Shown here piece by piece: positions 45,887 through 55,231 of a stretch of 64,000 nt of DNA. The position numbers and the translations under genes were made by a program. The DNA is from a virus. Lineage: Duplodnaviria > Heunggongvirae > Uroviricota > Caudoviricetes. The DNA lies in IMG/VR virus record IMGVR_UViG_2609460125_000009; one strand, 5' to 3'. The notes under the pieces were generated by a model. That model was not told the origin of the DNA. It did no database searches and saw nothing but the letters and a program-made list of their open reading frames with translations. The stretch's first letter is position 1. Every line of letters starts with the position of its first letter.

Positions 45887-46156
45887 CTACTCCATGCTTT
45901 TCAGACGATCAGCAGCTCGTTTCAGCTTGTCGTTCGGTGCCGGAGGATTGCTTATAGCGTCCATAACCAGATTCCAGGATTCTTCATTCAGAACTAGTCT
46001 ACGGTGTTGCTCTATAACTTTCACGGCACGTTCAGATGCACTGCTAACCATAAACTGAGTAATGCTCTGGTTAGACATTGCGGCAGCTTCCTCGATGATG
46101 CTTTTATCGTCATCGGTTAATCTCAAATCGATGCGCTGCTTTTTTAGTGCTGACAT
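45887..46156 (-). CDS. RHH antitoxin (DUF1778-like)
   Basis: Small ORF with AGGAGG RBS; 8-bp gap to the toxin gene. Confidence 0.6.
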   Translation of the reverse strand: MSALKKQRIDLRLTDDDKSIIEEAAAMSNQSITQFMVSSASERAVKVIEQHRRLVLNEESWNLVMDAISNPPAPNDKLKRAADRLKSME

Positions 46157-46424
46157 GTATTCCTCCTGATGGCCGTGATGTAGGAAGGCCATCAATCTCC
46201 TCTGTTCAAACTGAGTTTTCGACTCAAAAATTACTTTAAAAGGCTATAGCCCATTACGTGTGCATTATCAAATTGTGTACGGCATAACACCGTACTTGTA
46301 ATATAGAGGTCATTGTTACTTTTTTCAACAGACAAATACAAGCTATGATTGCCAATTGTTAATCACAACCTACCATTTAACCTTTACACCGCAGCCGTAG
46401 GCATTTAGGCTATATCACATATAA

Positions 46425-46440
46425 GAAAACAAGTTGTTTC
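46425..46440. promoter_or_regulatory. motif family 1 site GAAAACAAGTTGTTTC
   Basis: Palindrome ~35 bp upstream of the ParA gene. Confidence 0.5.
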
Positions 46441-46474
46441 AGACGATAATTATATACGCAAAGGGAACTCTCCA

Positions 46475-47143
46475 ATGACCAAGATCTTTGTGGTTGGCGG
46501 CACAAAGGGCGGGCCTGGCAAATCCACCCTTGCCCAGCAAATTGCCGTTTGCCTTAAAGTCAAAAAGAAGAAGAAGGTTTATATCACTGATATAGATATT
46601 CAGCGCACGACAACAAGCTGGTGTGAAGACCGTCGACAGAACGAAGACCTTGAGCTGATTCCTTTTGCATACGTTCAGGATGACATCATTAAGCACCTAA
46701 AATCGCTTCAGGGTAGAGCTGAGTATGTAGTGGTAGATGCTGGTGGCTTCGACTCCGAAATTCAGCGACAAGCGATGCTGATGGCTGACGTTATCATTAT
46801 CCCGCTGCGTCCTAAGCGTCGTGATTTGAAATCTTTACGTGACATCGATCCTATTATCGACAATGTTCGCAATGTAAACGATAAAGTGAAGGTCCGCGCG
46901 GTCATGAACCAGTGCCCGGCTTTGCCATCACAAGTGTCTCGCATTCTGGCGGCTAAAGAGATTGTTGAGACGTTTGGAATCGAGTCTGCGCCAGTCAATC
47001 TGTATAACCGCAACGTCTATGATGATGCGGAAGAGTCTGGTCGTTCTATCTTTGAAATGACCGGTAGCGAGCGCGACAAAAAGGCGGAAGCCGAGTTTGA
47101 AGAATTTGTAGATTATCTGTTGAGTCTGGAGGAAGAAGAATAA
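46475..47143 (+). CDS. ParA-family partition ATPase
   Basis: Deviant Walker A GGTKGGPGKST. Confidence 0.8.
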   Translation: MTKIFVVGGTKGGPGKSTLAQQIAVCLKVKKKKKVYITDIDIQRTTTSWCEDRRQNEDLELIPFAYVQDDIIKHLKSLQGRAEYVVVDAGGFDSEIQRQAMLMADVIIIPLRPKRRDLKSLRDIDPIIDNVRNVNDKVKVRAVMNQCPALPSQVSRILAAKEIVETFGIESAPVNLYNRNVYDDAEESGRSIFEMTGSERDKKAEAEFEEFVDYLLSLEEEE

Positions 47144-47502
47144 TGTCCATGAAAATGGGTGACCTAGCAAAGCGCAAAGAGCCTGATGCACCGGCTAAGA
47201 ACACAACTCCTTTGCGCCAACCAGTCAGACCACAGGGACGCCCGACTCGTGGCAAAGAGAAAATTAAAAGCCGCACAATGTCACTGGAGGACGAATACTT
47301 CGAACTGCTGGAGATGATGAAGTTCATCCCTCGCTTCGAGAAGTTCACTCGTTCTGACGTGATTCGAGCAGCCATTTTCCATCTGGCAGAGAAGTCACCG
47401 CAGGAAATCGAGGACATCGTGAAATTGAATGAGGCGATCACCGCTGCCGATGTCACGATGCGTACCGATGAAATCAAACGAGAGTTGATGAAGAAAGGTT
47501 AA
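47143..47502 (+). CDS. partition adaptor / centromere-binding protein (ParG-like RHH, putative)
   Basis: Small ORF translationally coupled to ParA (TAATG); basic disordered N-terminus. Confidence 0.5.
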   Translation: MSMKMGDLAKRKEPDAPAKNTTPLRQPVRPQGRPTRGKEKIKSRTMSLEDEYFELLEMMKFIPRFEKFTRSDVIRAAIFHLAEKSPQEIEDIVKLNEAITAADVTMRTDEIKRELMKKG

Positions 47503-47554
47503 AAATCATGCATTGGCGCGTACATTGCGCCAATGCATAACTACAGTGTCAGCT

Positions 47555-48322
47555 TTATGCCGCGCTAACACTATGTTCAGTCCTAACCACCCCAACCTTC
47601 ACAAAAGGGCTACCGTAGCTTGGTGGCTTCTTGATTAATTTGCCTACATACAGTTTTCTAATATGCTCATCGGCTATTCTGCCAACAAATTCATAACGTT
47701 TTGTGTCGGGGCCAAGAGCTATATCCCTTGTAAAGTACTGCTGAGAACCGGCTTTGACCCAGCATTCAATCTGATAAACTTCCATTATCAGCCCACCATA
47801 TGTAGCGTAGGCATATTTGAGATTCTCGTCTCTTGGAACCTTTGCCCATACGCCACGCGTAGCTTCATATAATGCCAGAGCGGACATTCCTGACTTGTAG
47901 GTGCTGTTTAGCAGGAAGGCAAGACCGGCGTGCTCAGGAGCAATTTCAGTTTCCTCTTGCAGCACTAAGTGATGGTAGGCGTCCAGTGATATTCTGCCCA
48001 TCATGGAACCACTTCCTCGTACCTTATTCGTAAGCTCTCCGACCCCCATAAGGTCGATGCATGTCGCCTCAACAAGTTTGGCTGTGGTTTCATCCATACC
48101 ATGACGAAGTATATCTATGCCTAATTTTTTATTAGCCAAAAGTTCTTTGATCCGCATGGATTTGGGAGAGTCATCGGGATACTTGATGTGATCGAGACAA
48201 CGAGTCGATTTGCCTTTTCCTATGTAAAACGGTCTTTTCATCTTGTCTTCTGTATCATAGAGACAGTAAACATAGTATTTAGCCTTATCCAATGATCTCG
48301 CGTATACCGATAAATCGTCCAT
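47555..48322 (-). CDS. GIY-YIG nuclease domain protein
   Basis: N-terminal YVYCLYD…FYIGKGK…R…H motif; C-terminal domain unassigned. Confidence 0.55.
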   Translation of the reverse strand: MDDLSVYARSLDKAKYYVYCLYDTEDKMKRPFYIGKGKSTRCLDHIKYPDDSPKSMRIKELLANKKLGIDILRHGMDETTAKLVEATCIDLMGVGELTNKVRGSGSMMGRISLDAYHHLVLQEETEIAPEHAGLAFLLNSTYKSGMSALALYEATRGVWAKVPRDENLKYAYATYGGLIMEVYQIECWVKAGSQQYFTRDIALGPDTKRYEFVGRIADEHIRKLYVGKLIKKPPSYGSPFVKVGVVRTEHSVSAA

Positions 48323-48433
48323 TATTGCATCTCTTTGCTACTGACTAATGCGTTCTATTTTACACATAAGTTTTTAATCAATTTAACAGGCTCAAAGTGT
48401 AGAGCTTCTGGGCGTCTAAGACGACAAGTTATG

Positions 48434-48488
48434 CCTGCTTCTGTATATATAAATAATAAGTAACTTATTAAATATATACGGAAGCAGG
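48434..48488. repeat. 55-bp hairpin element, copy 2
   Basis: Identical to 15988-16042. Confidence 0.7.
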
Positions 48489-48595
48489 TCTTTTAAAAGA
48501 CACCACCAGAACAACTCCCTTCCGTTTCCACTTCCAAAAACTGCCACCAGTCGCTATCATCCGCTCATTGTGATAAGTAAGTAACTACCTACCAG

Positions 48596-49345
48596 GTGAG
48601 CCACATGAGCCAAATCTTTTTCGATACCATCGACAACGACCAGTACGACTTCATGACAGAGTGGAATACCGCTGTTATGGACAAGTGGGTCGCTGAAAAC
48701 ATTGGTTTGTCGCGCTGTAAAGACGAGGCTGAACTCTTCGAGACGAAGTGGTTTGATTACCGCGACATGCATCCTCTCATGGCCACCTGTCTTTTTACGG
48801 AGGCATACAAACGTCAGTACTCAAATATCATGCTGACGCACGGTCGCGAACACTTTGAAACAGCTCCGTTCACCACCGGGTTAAAACGCCTGCCTTATCA
48901 GGAGTTGTCGACTGCCAATAAAACGTCGCTATGGAAAGCACGCCAGTTTGCGGATCGCTATTGCTGCTCATACGACTACTTTATCTCCACCGTTCTTTCC
49001 GCAGCTGCACGACGGCTGTGGGACAAGCTGCCGCGCCCACAGCATTTGTGGCAGCCAGAGCTGATTGAGATATTCGAAGAGAAATTAGCCAGACGCGCAA
49101 CAACCCGTCTGGATGACTCTCTCGTTAGCTTTAAGCATATGGGAGACATGCAGTTCAACCCGATTCAGGAAAGCTATTTTGAGTGGATTCTGGAGCGTTT
49201 ACGCACCATCCCCCGCAGCAAGCGCATACGCGCAATTTTCTCCGCTATCTGGCTAATGGAAATCGTTCCAGAGCGCCTTATTTCCGCCCACTTTCCAGAA
49301 GAACTGGAAGAAGCACGGCGGTTTATTGATCCCCTATCTAATTAA
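48596..49345 (+). CDS. hypothetical protein upstream of the helicase (candidate initiator or loader)
   Basis: 249-aa ORF; function suggested by position only. Confidence 0.4.
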   Translation: MSHMSQIFFDTIDNDQYDFMTEWNTAVMDKWVAENIGLSRCKDEAELFETKWFDYRDMHPLMATCLFTEAYKRQYSNIMLTHGREHFETAPFTTGLKRLPYQELSTANKTSLWKARQFADRYCCSYDYFISTVLSAAARRLWDKLPRPQHLWQPELIEIFEEKLARRATTRLDDSLVSFKHMGDMQFNPIQESYFEWILERLRTIPRSKRIRAIFSAIWLMEIVPERLISAHFPEELEEARRFIDPLSN

Positions 49346-49354
49346 CTAATACTA

Positions 49355-49369
49355 GAAAACAATTTGTTT
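49355..49369. promoter_or_regulatory. motif family 1 site GAAAACAATTTGTTT
   Basis: Palindrome ~20 bp upstream of the helicase gene. Confidence 0.5.
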
Positions 49370-49388
49370 AAAAAACAAAGGAAAGCAC

Positions 49389-50729
49389 ATGACCGAACTT
49401 TGCCATACAGGACGCGGGCTGTCCGAAGAGTTTGATGAAGATTTTCAGAACAGATTGACGGCCTATTTTTGTCGTGATCACGAGTTTCTTACTCGTGCTG
49501 GAGATCTGGTTGTACCTAGCCAATTTGCCAATGCGGCCAATGCCATATTGGTTAATATGGTTTCGGGCTATTACCGTATGTACAAGAGCGCGCCCTCTTC
49601 ATCTGCGATTCTGGATATGCTTAAGCGTGCGAAACGCGATAAGACTATCCGTGAGGAACTATTCGCCGATGTTGTTGCTGCGTTTAAGCGCATCCTTGCA
49701 GAAAAATTGTCTGATACCTCGTACATGGTTGACCAGGTATCAACCTTCGCAAAAAGCGTAGCGTTTGATGATGCTCTGATTAAGGCTGCTGAACTGAAAG
49801 AGAAGGGCGACTTTCAGGGGGCGATGGCAATCATGGCCAAGGTTCAGCAGATTGGATCGAACGAAGCGACCGGAATCTATGACTACTACACCTCCGCAAG
49901 TGAGCGATTGAAAGCGCGTGAATATGAGGCTTCAGAGGAGTATGTGCCAAACAGCATTACAACTGGACTCCCTCTGCTCGATAGGTTGCTGTACCAAAAA
50001 GGCTGGGCGAAGCGTGAAATGGTGCTCTTCATGGGGTTCGCTAAATCCGGTAAATCGACCGCAATGGGTGAGTTTTCCATAAACGCAACGCTTGCTGGCT
50101 ACAATGTTCTGTATCTCTCGCTGGAGGTTCACACCACCATTTTATCCGACCGTTTTGATGCAAGATTGTCGGAGACAGAAATGTCCAAGCTGGTGGAACG
50201 GCGCGATGAGGTTCATCGTAAGTTGGCAGAGTTGGGAGCCACGAAGGGGATTGGTAGTTTGTGGGTTGTTGAGCGTCCGTCAGGAAGTATGTCACCGGCA
50301 GATCTGGACCGTATGCTTAACAGCATGAAAGCCAATGGCATGGTGCCTGACATGGTTGTTGTCGACTACGCAGATTTGATGCGTGCCAGTTATGACCTTC
50401 GTGATGATCGCGCCAACATTCGTAGTATCTACACCGATTTACGTGCTCTTTATGACAAGCATAACGTTGCTGGGATCACGGCATCGCAGACAAACCGTGA
50501 AGGTGGCGCGTCAGAAGTTGCCACAATGATGCACGCTGCCGACAATATCGAAAAAGTACGTATTGCTGACCTGGTAATAACGATCAACAAAACCGAAGAA
50601 GAAGAAGCGAAAGGAGAGGCTCGTCTCTACTTTGCTGGTTCACGTAACCAGCAGGGAGGGATCAGCATTCGCGTTAAACAAAACCTCGAACAAATGCGCT
50701 TCATTGAGCGAATCTTAGACGTTACCTAA
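49389..50729 (+). CDS. DnaB-family replicative helicase
   Basis: RecA-like core: Walker A GFAKSGKST, Walker B VVVDYADL. Confidence 0.75.
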   Translation: MTELCHTGRGLSEEFDEDFQNRLTAYFCRDHEFLTRAGDLVVPSQFANAANAILVNMVSGYYRMYKSAPSSSAILDMLKRAKRDKTIREELFADVVAAFKRILAEKLSDTSYMVDQVSTFAKSVAFDDALIKAAELKEKGDFQGAMAIMAKVQQIGSNEATGIYDYYTSASERLKAREYEASEEYVPNSITTGLPLLDRLLYQKGWAKREMVLFMGFAKSGKSTAMGEFSINATLAGYNVLYLSLEVHTTILSDRFDARLSETEMSKLVERRDEVHRKLAELGATKGIGSLWVVERPSGSMSPADLDRMLNSMKANGMVPDMVVVDYADLMRASYDLRDDRANIRSIYTDLRALYDKHNVAGITASQTNREGGASEVATMMHAADNIEKVRIADLVITINKTEEEEAKGEARLYFAGSRNQQGGISIRVKQNLEQMRFIERILDVT

Positions 50730-50810
50730 AAAATAAGCGTGGAGAACACCTCCACGCTTGATTCATTGGTGAAACAACTTTTCTTTTGCCAAACCACAAA
50801 AGAAAAACAC

Positions 50811-51992
50811 ATGAGCCTTTATGTTATATCAACATTTAGGTTGGTCACAATATTGCCTGTTAAAAGTGGAATTATCGTGAGCGAGCTGAAAGAGCTAATT
50901 ACCGAATTAGATTTTGAACAATGGTTGGATACTGAAGGTATCGTTTATCGACGTGGAGGCGTGAGTACTCGCGGTCGTGAAGTGAATATCAAGGAGTGTC
51001 CGGTATGTGGCAGCTCCAACTGGAAGGTATATTTCAATCTGACCAGTGGCGTCGGTAAATGCTTCGCTGGTGATCATCCCGAAGAGATTCAGTTCAATAA
51101 GCTGGTCTTCCTCAAGCACTACAGCGGCAAATCACGACGACAGTTCGAGGAATATGTGCAGAACGCCCTTCTTTCCCAGGGGTGGGCACCAAAGAAAGAA
51201 GAGATAGTGCTTGCAAGCACAGTCGAGTTAGAGGGACCACTTGCACTCCCTCGTCATTACGAACTTCCTATAGATGGCCGTCTTCCAGACTATCTGGTTG
51301 AACGAAACATATCGCCTGAAATGGCAAAGTATTTTGACCTACGATACTGCGTCGAAGGCAAGCACGCTTATGTAGATCCGTATACAGATCAGGTTAAAGG
51401 ACAGATATTCGATATGCGAATACTGATACCGGTTTACGATCTGGATGGGGTAATGAAGACATTTCAGGGGCGAGACATTACCGGTACAGCTGAACGTCGC
51501 TACCTCTTTCCTATGCAGCTTCCAGCTTCAGGTAAGTTTCTCTACAACGGCCATAATGCGGTCGGCAAACAGACTGTAGTTGTCTGTGAGGGGGCGTTCG
51601 ATGTTATGGGAGTTAAACGAGCTATTTTTGATGAAGAAACATTACGTGATTACGTGGAACCGATAGGAACGTTCGGGATGCATCTATCTGGTAACACCAC
51701 TCAGGATGCAGAAGATCAGTTGGGCGCGTTCCTGACGCTCAAGGCGCGTGGATTACGTAATGTGATCATGATGTGGGATAGTGAAAAGCAAGCTATACGC
51801 AACACTATGGCCGCAGCCAGGCGACTGACCAGTATTGGTCTTAATGTCAAAGTAGCATGTTTGGGCGAGGAAGGACTCGACCCAGGCGATGCAACGCCAG
51901 AACAAATTATCAAAGCCTATTATCGGGCAAAACCGTATACCAAACAGTTGGAGTTGCAAAGCAAGGTTTTGGGCATTAAGGCGCTATCGTAA
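50811..51992 (+). CDS. DNA primase (zinc finger + Toprim)
   Basis: CPVCGSS…C…H zinc-binding motif; Toprim-like VVVCEGAFD. Confidence 0.65.
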   Translation: MSLYVISTFRLVTILPVKSGIIVSELKELITELDFEQWLDTEGIVYRRGGVSTRGREVNIKECPVCGSSNWKVYFNLTSGVGKCFAGDHPEEIQFNKLVFLKHYSGKSRRQFEEYVQNALLSQGWAPKKEEIVLASTVELEGPLALPRHYELPIDGRLPDYLVERNISPEMAKYFDLRYCVEGKHAYVDPYTDQVKGQIFDMRILIPVYDLDGVMKTFQGRDITGTAERRYLFPMQLPASGKFLYNGHNAVGKQTVVVCEGAFDVMGVKRAIFDEETLRDYVEPIGTFGMHLSGNTTQDAEDQLGAFLTLKARGLRNVIMMWDSEKQAIRNTMAAARRLTSIGLNVKVACLGEEGLDPGDATPEQIIKAYYRAKPYTKQLELQSKVLGIKALS

Positions 51993-52005
51993 CAAGTGCC
52001 GCTAA

Positions 52006-52026
52006 AATAAGTAGATGATTACTTAT
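52006..52026. promoter_or_regulatory. motif family 2 site ATAAGTAGATGATTACTTATC
   Basis: Inverted repeat upstream of the 52068 ORF. Confidence 0.45.
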
Positions 52027-52067
52027 CTTTCTGTAAGAATACTTTCATCTGTTAGCTAGGAGTTGGT

Positions 52068-52850
52068 ATGAAAGACGAAATTCAGAAATTAGCCTGCGAC
52101 ATCATTGATAAAACTGGTTTAGAAATCAGCGAGTGCAATCGGCTAGACATCATTGAAAAAGCCGTAAAAACAGCAATGGATCATATCGCCACTCGTTTGG
52201 TCGAGATCCCGCTACCGGGGCTACCTTATCTGAAGGTTAAGTTACACGTATGGGGTGAACCTTCTTGTGCACGGCGTTATGCATTAGTTGTTTTTATTAG
52301 CAAAGAAAACCCGATCAGTCTTAAAGTGCAGGTTGGGGCATGGATGGATGGCAAAGTGATCTACACAAATACCGTTTTTTGTGCGTCAAATGACAGTATT
52401 ATTGAAGAGGCTATTCAAGAATCACTTCTAACTATGCATAGCTTAGTTTTGCTGGAAGACAAGCAAAACTACGAAGAGTACTTACGGTCGATAAAAGGTG
52501 AGAGAACATTGTCACTTAAAGCCGATTTCGTTACCCCGACAAACCTGTTGGAAGTCTTGCTTAATAAAGGGGCTAATGATGCCGTAAATGTAATCAGGGA
52601 GAGCGAATATTCGACTCTTTGGGACATGTGCAAAAGCCAGTTGGATCTGGTGCATATCGTTATTGATGCTGGGAAGGCATGTGATGGCGTAATGGCGGAA
52701 TTTGCTGGGAAGGTGGTCAGGATTGCTAACGAATTACCGATGATAGAGCAAGAGGCCAAATCATACGCCACCAATCATGTCACAGAGCTTCTTGTCCCCT
52801 ATCGCTTAGAAAGCAATCAGCGCAAGATGGTTAGCTGGGGAAGTTGGTAA
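52068..52850 (+). CDS. hypothetical protein
   Basis: 260-aa ORF. Confidence 0.45.
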   Translation: MKDEIQKLACDIIDKTGLEISECNRLDIIEKAVKTAMDHIATRLVEIPLPGLPYLKVKLHVWGEPSCARRYALVVFISKENPISLKVQVGAWMDGKVIYTNTVFCASNDSIIEEAIQESLLTMHSLVLLEDKQNYEEYLRSIKGERTLSLKADFVTPTNLLEVLLNKGANDAVNVIRESEYSTLWDMCKSQLDLVHIVIDAGKACDGVMAEFAGKVVRIANELPMIEQEAKSYATNHVTELLVPYRLESNQRKMVSWGSW

Positions 52851-52905
52851 TCTCTCCGCGCGTCGTTTTTTACGCAAATAACGATAGGTAAGTACAAGAT
52901 TATTT

Positions 52906-53388
52906 ATGGCGGTAGTTGTGAAAGCTGATTTGTCAAAAATCCCTTCTATTTCAGGAAATAACGGTTATTCACTTCGTTGTGAGGAAGTAAAGATAAACGG
53001 TGAGTCGGCATATTGCAGCTATTCCGTTTGCCAGCACACCATTCTTGCCTTCAAAGAAAACCGTCTTCCTCGAACTTCTTTCCAGTCGTGCGCAACCGCT
53101 ATTAAAGCAGGCAAATGCAAGGCGTTAAAAATGATGGTTGAAGAGATTCGTAAAGGAGAATCTCTGTATTTCGAAGATATGACCGCGCTCATTAAGGAGG
53201 TTGAAGAACGGAATAAACAAGCCAGAACTATAAAACGAAAACGTGACAGTGTAACGATTAATAGCATGGTTAAGAAGAGCACCACATCACAAACAGCGAT
53301 CACTGACGTGTATGCGGCGTTGCTTGAAGAAACAACAAAAGAAACACATGAGCAAATCGATCAACATATGGAGGCAAAACAACAATGA
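52906..53388 (+). CDS. hypothetical protein
   Basis: 160-aa ORF; overlaps the ligase start. Confidence 0.45.
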   Translation: MAVVVKADLSKIPSISGNNGYSLRCEEVKINGESAYCSYSVCQHTILAFKENRLPRTSFQSCATAIKAGKCKALKMMVEEIRKGESLYFEDMTALIKEVEERNKQARTIKRKRDSVTINSMVKKSTTSQTAITDVYAALLEETTKETHEQIDQHMEAKQQ

Positions 53389-54707
53389 AAAAGTTGATCG
53401 CACTTAAGCATAAGCTGGACGAAATGAAAGCTATGGGAACCAATGCAAAAAAAGAGGCATTGGCCAACATGGATGACTTCGAGCAAAGCATGGTTTCATT
53501 GATGCTCAACCCTTTCATCCGTTTTGGGGTAAAGAAATACAAAGTGGCAGAGCCGCTTAGTGAGTCCGTCCCAAGTGACGAAAAAGCCATTGATATACTG
53601 AATAAGCTGGCCTCTCGCGAGCTGACGGGGAACGCAGCAATAGCAGCTGTTGAGTCTATCGTGGCGTCAATGTGCGCCGATGGGCAGGACGTGTTCCGTC
53701 GTTTCCTCTTAAAAGACCCGAAAGCAGGTGTTGGGATTAGCCTATGCAACAAGGTTTTTGAAAATCCCATTCCGAAATTCGAGGTGCAGCTGGCGTCACC
53801 GTATAAAGAAAAAGGCGACAAATACCCCTTCAAGCCAAATCCTAAAGCCAAATGGCCGATGATTGGCAGCCTTAAGCTCGATGGTTTGCGAGTAATTTGC
53901 GAGGTTATTGTTGACGAGGAAGAGGTTAACTTCCTTTCTCGTACTGGTAATCCAATCACGTCTCTCGATCACCTAAAGCCAGCCATGCTCGAATTAGGCA
54001 AACTTTCAGGCCACAAACACATCTTCTTCGATGGTGAAGGAACAGCCGGTTCATTTAACCAGTCCGTATCTGCATTGCGCAAAAAGAACGTGCAGGCAAT
54101 TGGCGCTATTTATCATGTTTTCGACTTCTTCCTACCGGAATGGCGGGCACAGGCTAAATCCAAAGAGTATGCAAAGACAGGTATGAAGCTGAAAGAGCGC
54201 CTGGCTATTCTCGTGGCGTTGTTCAAAAACGATCGCAGTGAAGACTACGCGCAAGACATTCACCTACATCCGTTCTACATCATCCATAGCCACGAAGACT
54301 TCATCGAACGCTTCATGAAACGCCTGGACGATAACGAAGAAGGGGAGATGGGCAAAGATCCGAACTCTGTTTACGAGTTTAAACGTACCCGCAGCTGGTG
54401 GAAGTTAAAAGACGAAGATTCAGAAGATGGTGAAATTATCGACTTTGAGCCGGGCGACCCGGACTCTGGTTTTGCCAACACACTTGGAAAAATTGTTATT
54501 CGTCTTGAAAACGGCGTCATCGTTCGTGCGAGCGGCATTAAGCATAAATATCTGGACGAGATCTGGAACAACAAAGAGAAGTACCGTGGTCGTATTGTCG
54601 AGGTTCATTGTCACGAGAAAACACCGGACGGCAGCTTACGCCACCCACGACTGAAATGGCCGCGTTGCTTACGCGATACAGAAGATCGAATCGGAGATAA
54701 AGAATGA
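53385..54707 (+). CDS. ATP-dependent DNA ligase
   Basis: Adenylation motif KLDGLRV. Confidence 0.8.
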   Translation: MKKLIALKHKLDEMKAMGTNAKKEALANMDDFEQSMVSLMLNPFIRFGVKKYKVAEPLSESVPSDEKAIDILNKLASRELTGNAAIAAVESIVASMCADGQDVFRRFLLKDPKAGVGISLCNKVFENPIPKFEVQLASPYKEKGDKYPFKPNPKAKWPMIGSLKLDGLRVICEVIVDEEEVNFLSRTGNPITSLDHLKPAMLELGKLSGHKHIFFDGEGTAGSFNQSVSALRKKNVQAIGAIYHVFDFFLPEWRAQAKSKEYAKTGMKLKERLAILVALFKNDRSEDYAQDIHLHPFYIIHSHEDFIERFMKRLDDNEEGEMGKDPNSVYEFKRTRSWWKLKDEDSEDGEIIDFEPGDPDSGFANTLGKIVIRLENGVIVRASGIKHKYLDEIWNNKEKYRGRIVEVHCHEKTPDGSLRHPRLKWPRCLRDTEDRIGDKE

Positions 54708-54883
54708 TGCTCGGCTGGATGATTGCATTTTTAGCGGTTGGTTTTTTAATCGGTATTGTGGTGATGTCCAGTTGCATCAATGACTACATTAAAAGCGGTG
54801 TTATAGAACGACGCGGTCGTATTTATCGCATTGTAGAAATAACCCGCACAGTGAAGGAGATTAAGGATGATCGTATTAAGTAA
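54704..54883 (+). CDS. small membrane protein (59 aa)
   Basis: ATGA overlap with the ligase stop; hydrophobic N-terminus; not in the supplied track (<60 aa). Confidence 0.35.
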   Translation: MMLGWMIAFLAVGFLIGIVVMSSCINDYIKSGVIERRGRIYRIVEITRTVKEIKDDRIK

Positions 54884-55082
54884 GCGGGAGAAGGAAACGC
54901 TTCATGAAATCAGTAAGTGGCCGGAGTTCCCTGAGTACTGGAAGCCTAAAACGCGGGCTAAGTTAGAGCGGTTAGGGTTGGTTGCAAACGTTTCTGAAAC
55001 GTGGTGTTCGGCCAACTACCAGTTAACTGATAAAGGGAAAGTATTGCTACAGCAATTAGTAGAATCAGGAGCGTTAAAATGA
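54867..55082 (+). CDS. hypothetical small protein
   Basis: 71-aa ORF overlapping its neighbours. Confidence 0.4.
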   Translation: MIVLSKREKETLHEISKWPEFPEYWKPKTRAKLERLGLVANVSETWCSANYQLTDKGKVLLQQLVESGALK

Positions 55083-55231
55083 TTCCATACATCTCATTAG
55101 CTTTTATGGGTGGCTTCCTTATCGGCTTCGGCATCTGTCGTGATTTAATTAAGCAGGAACTTAAAACCAAAACACTGTGCATCGGAAAGCGTGTGTATCG
55201 GGTAGTTCATGAAACAAAGGTTAGAAAATGA
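55079..55231 (+). CDS. small membrane protein (50 aa)
   Basis: ATGA overlap; hydrophobic N-terminus. Confidence 0.3.
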   Translation: MIPYISLAFMGGFLIGFGICRDLIKQELKTKTLCIGKRVYRVVHETKVRK

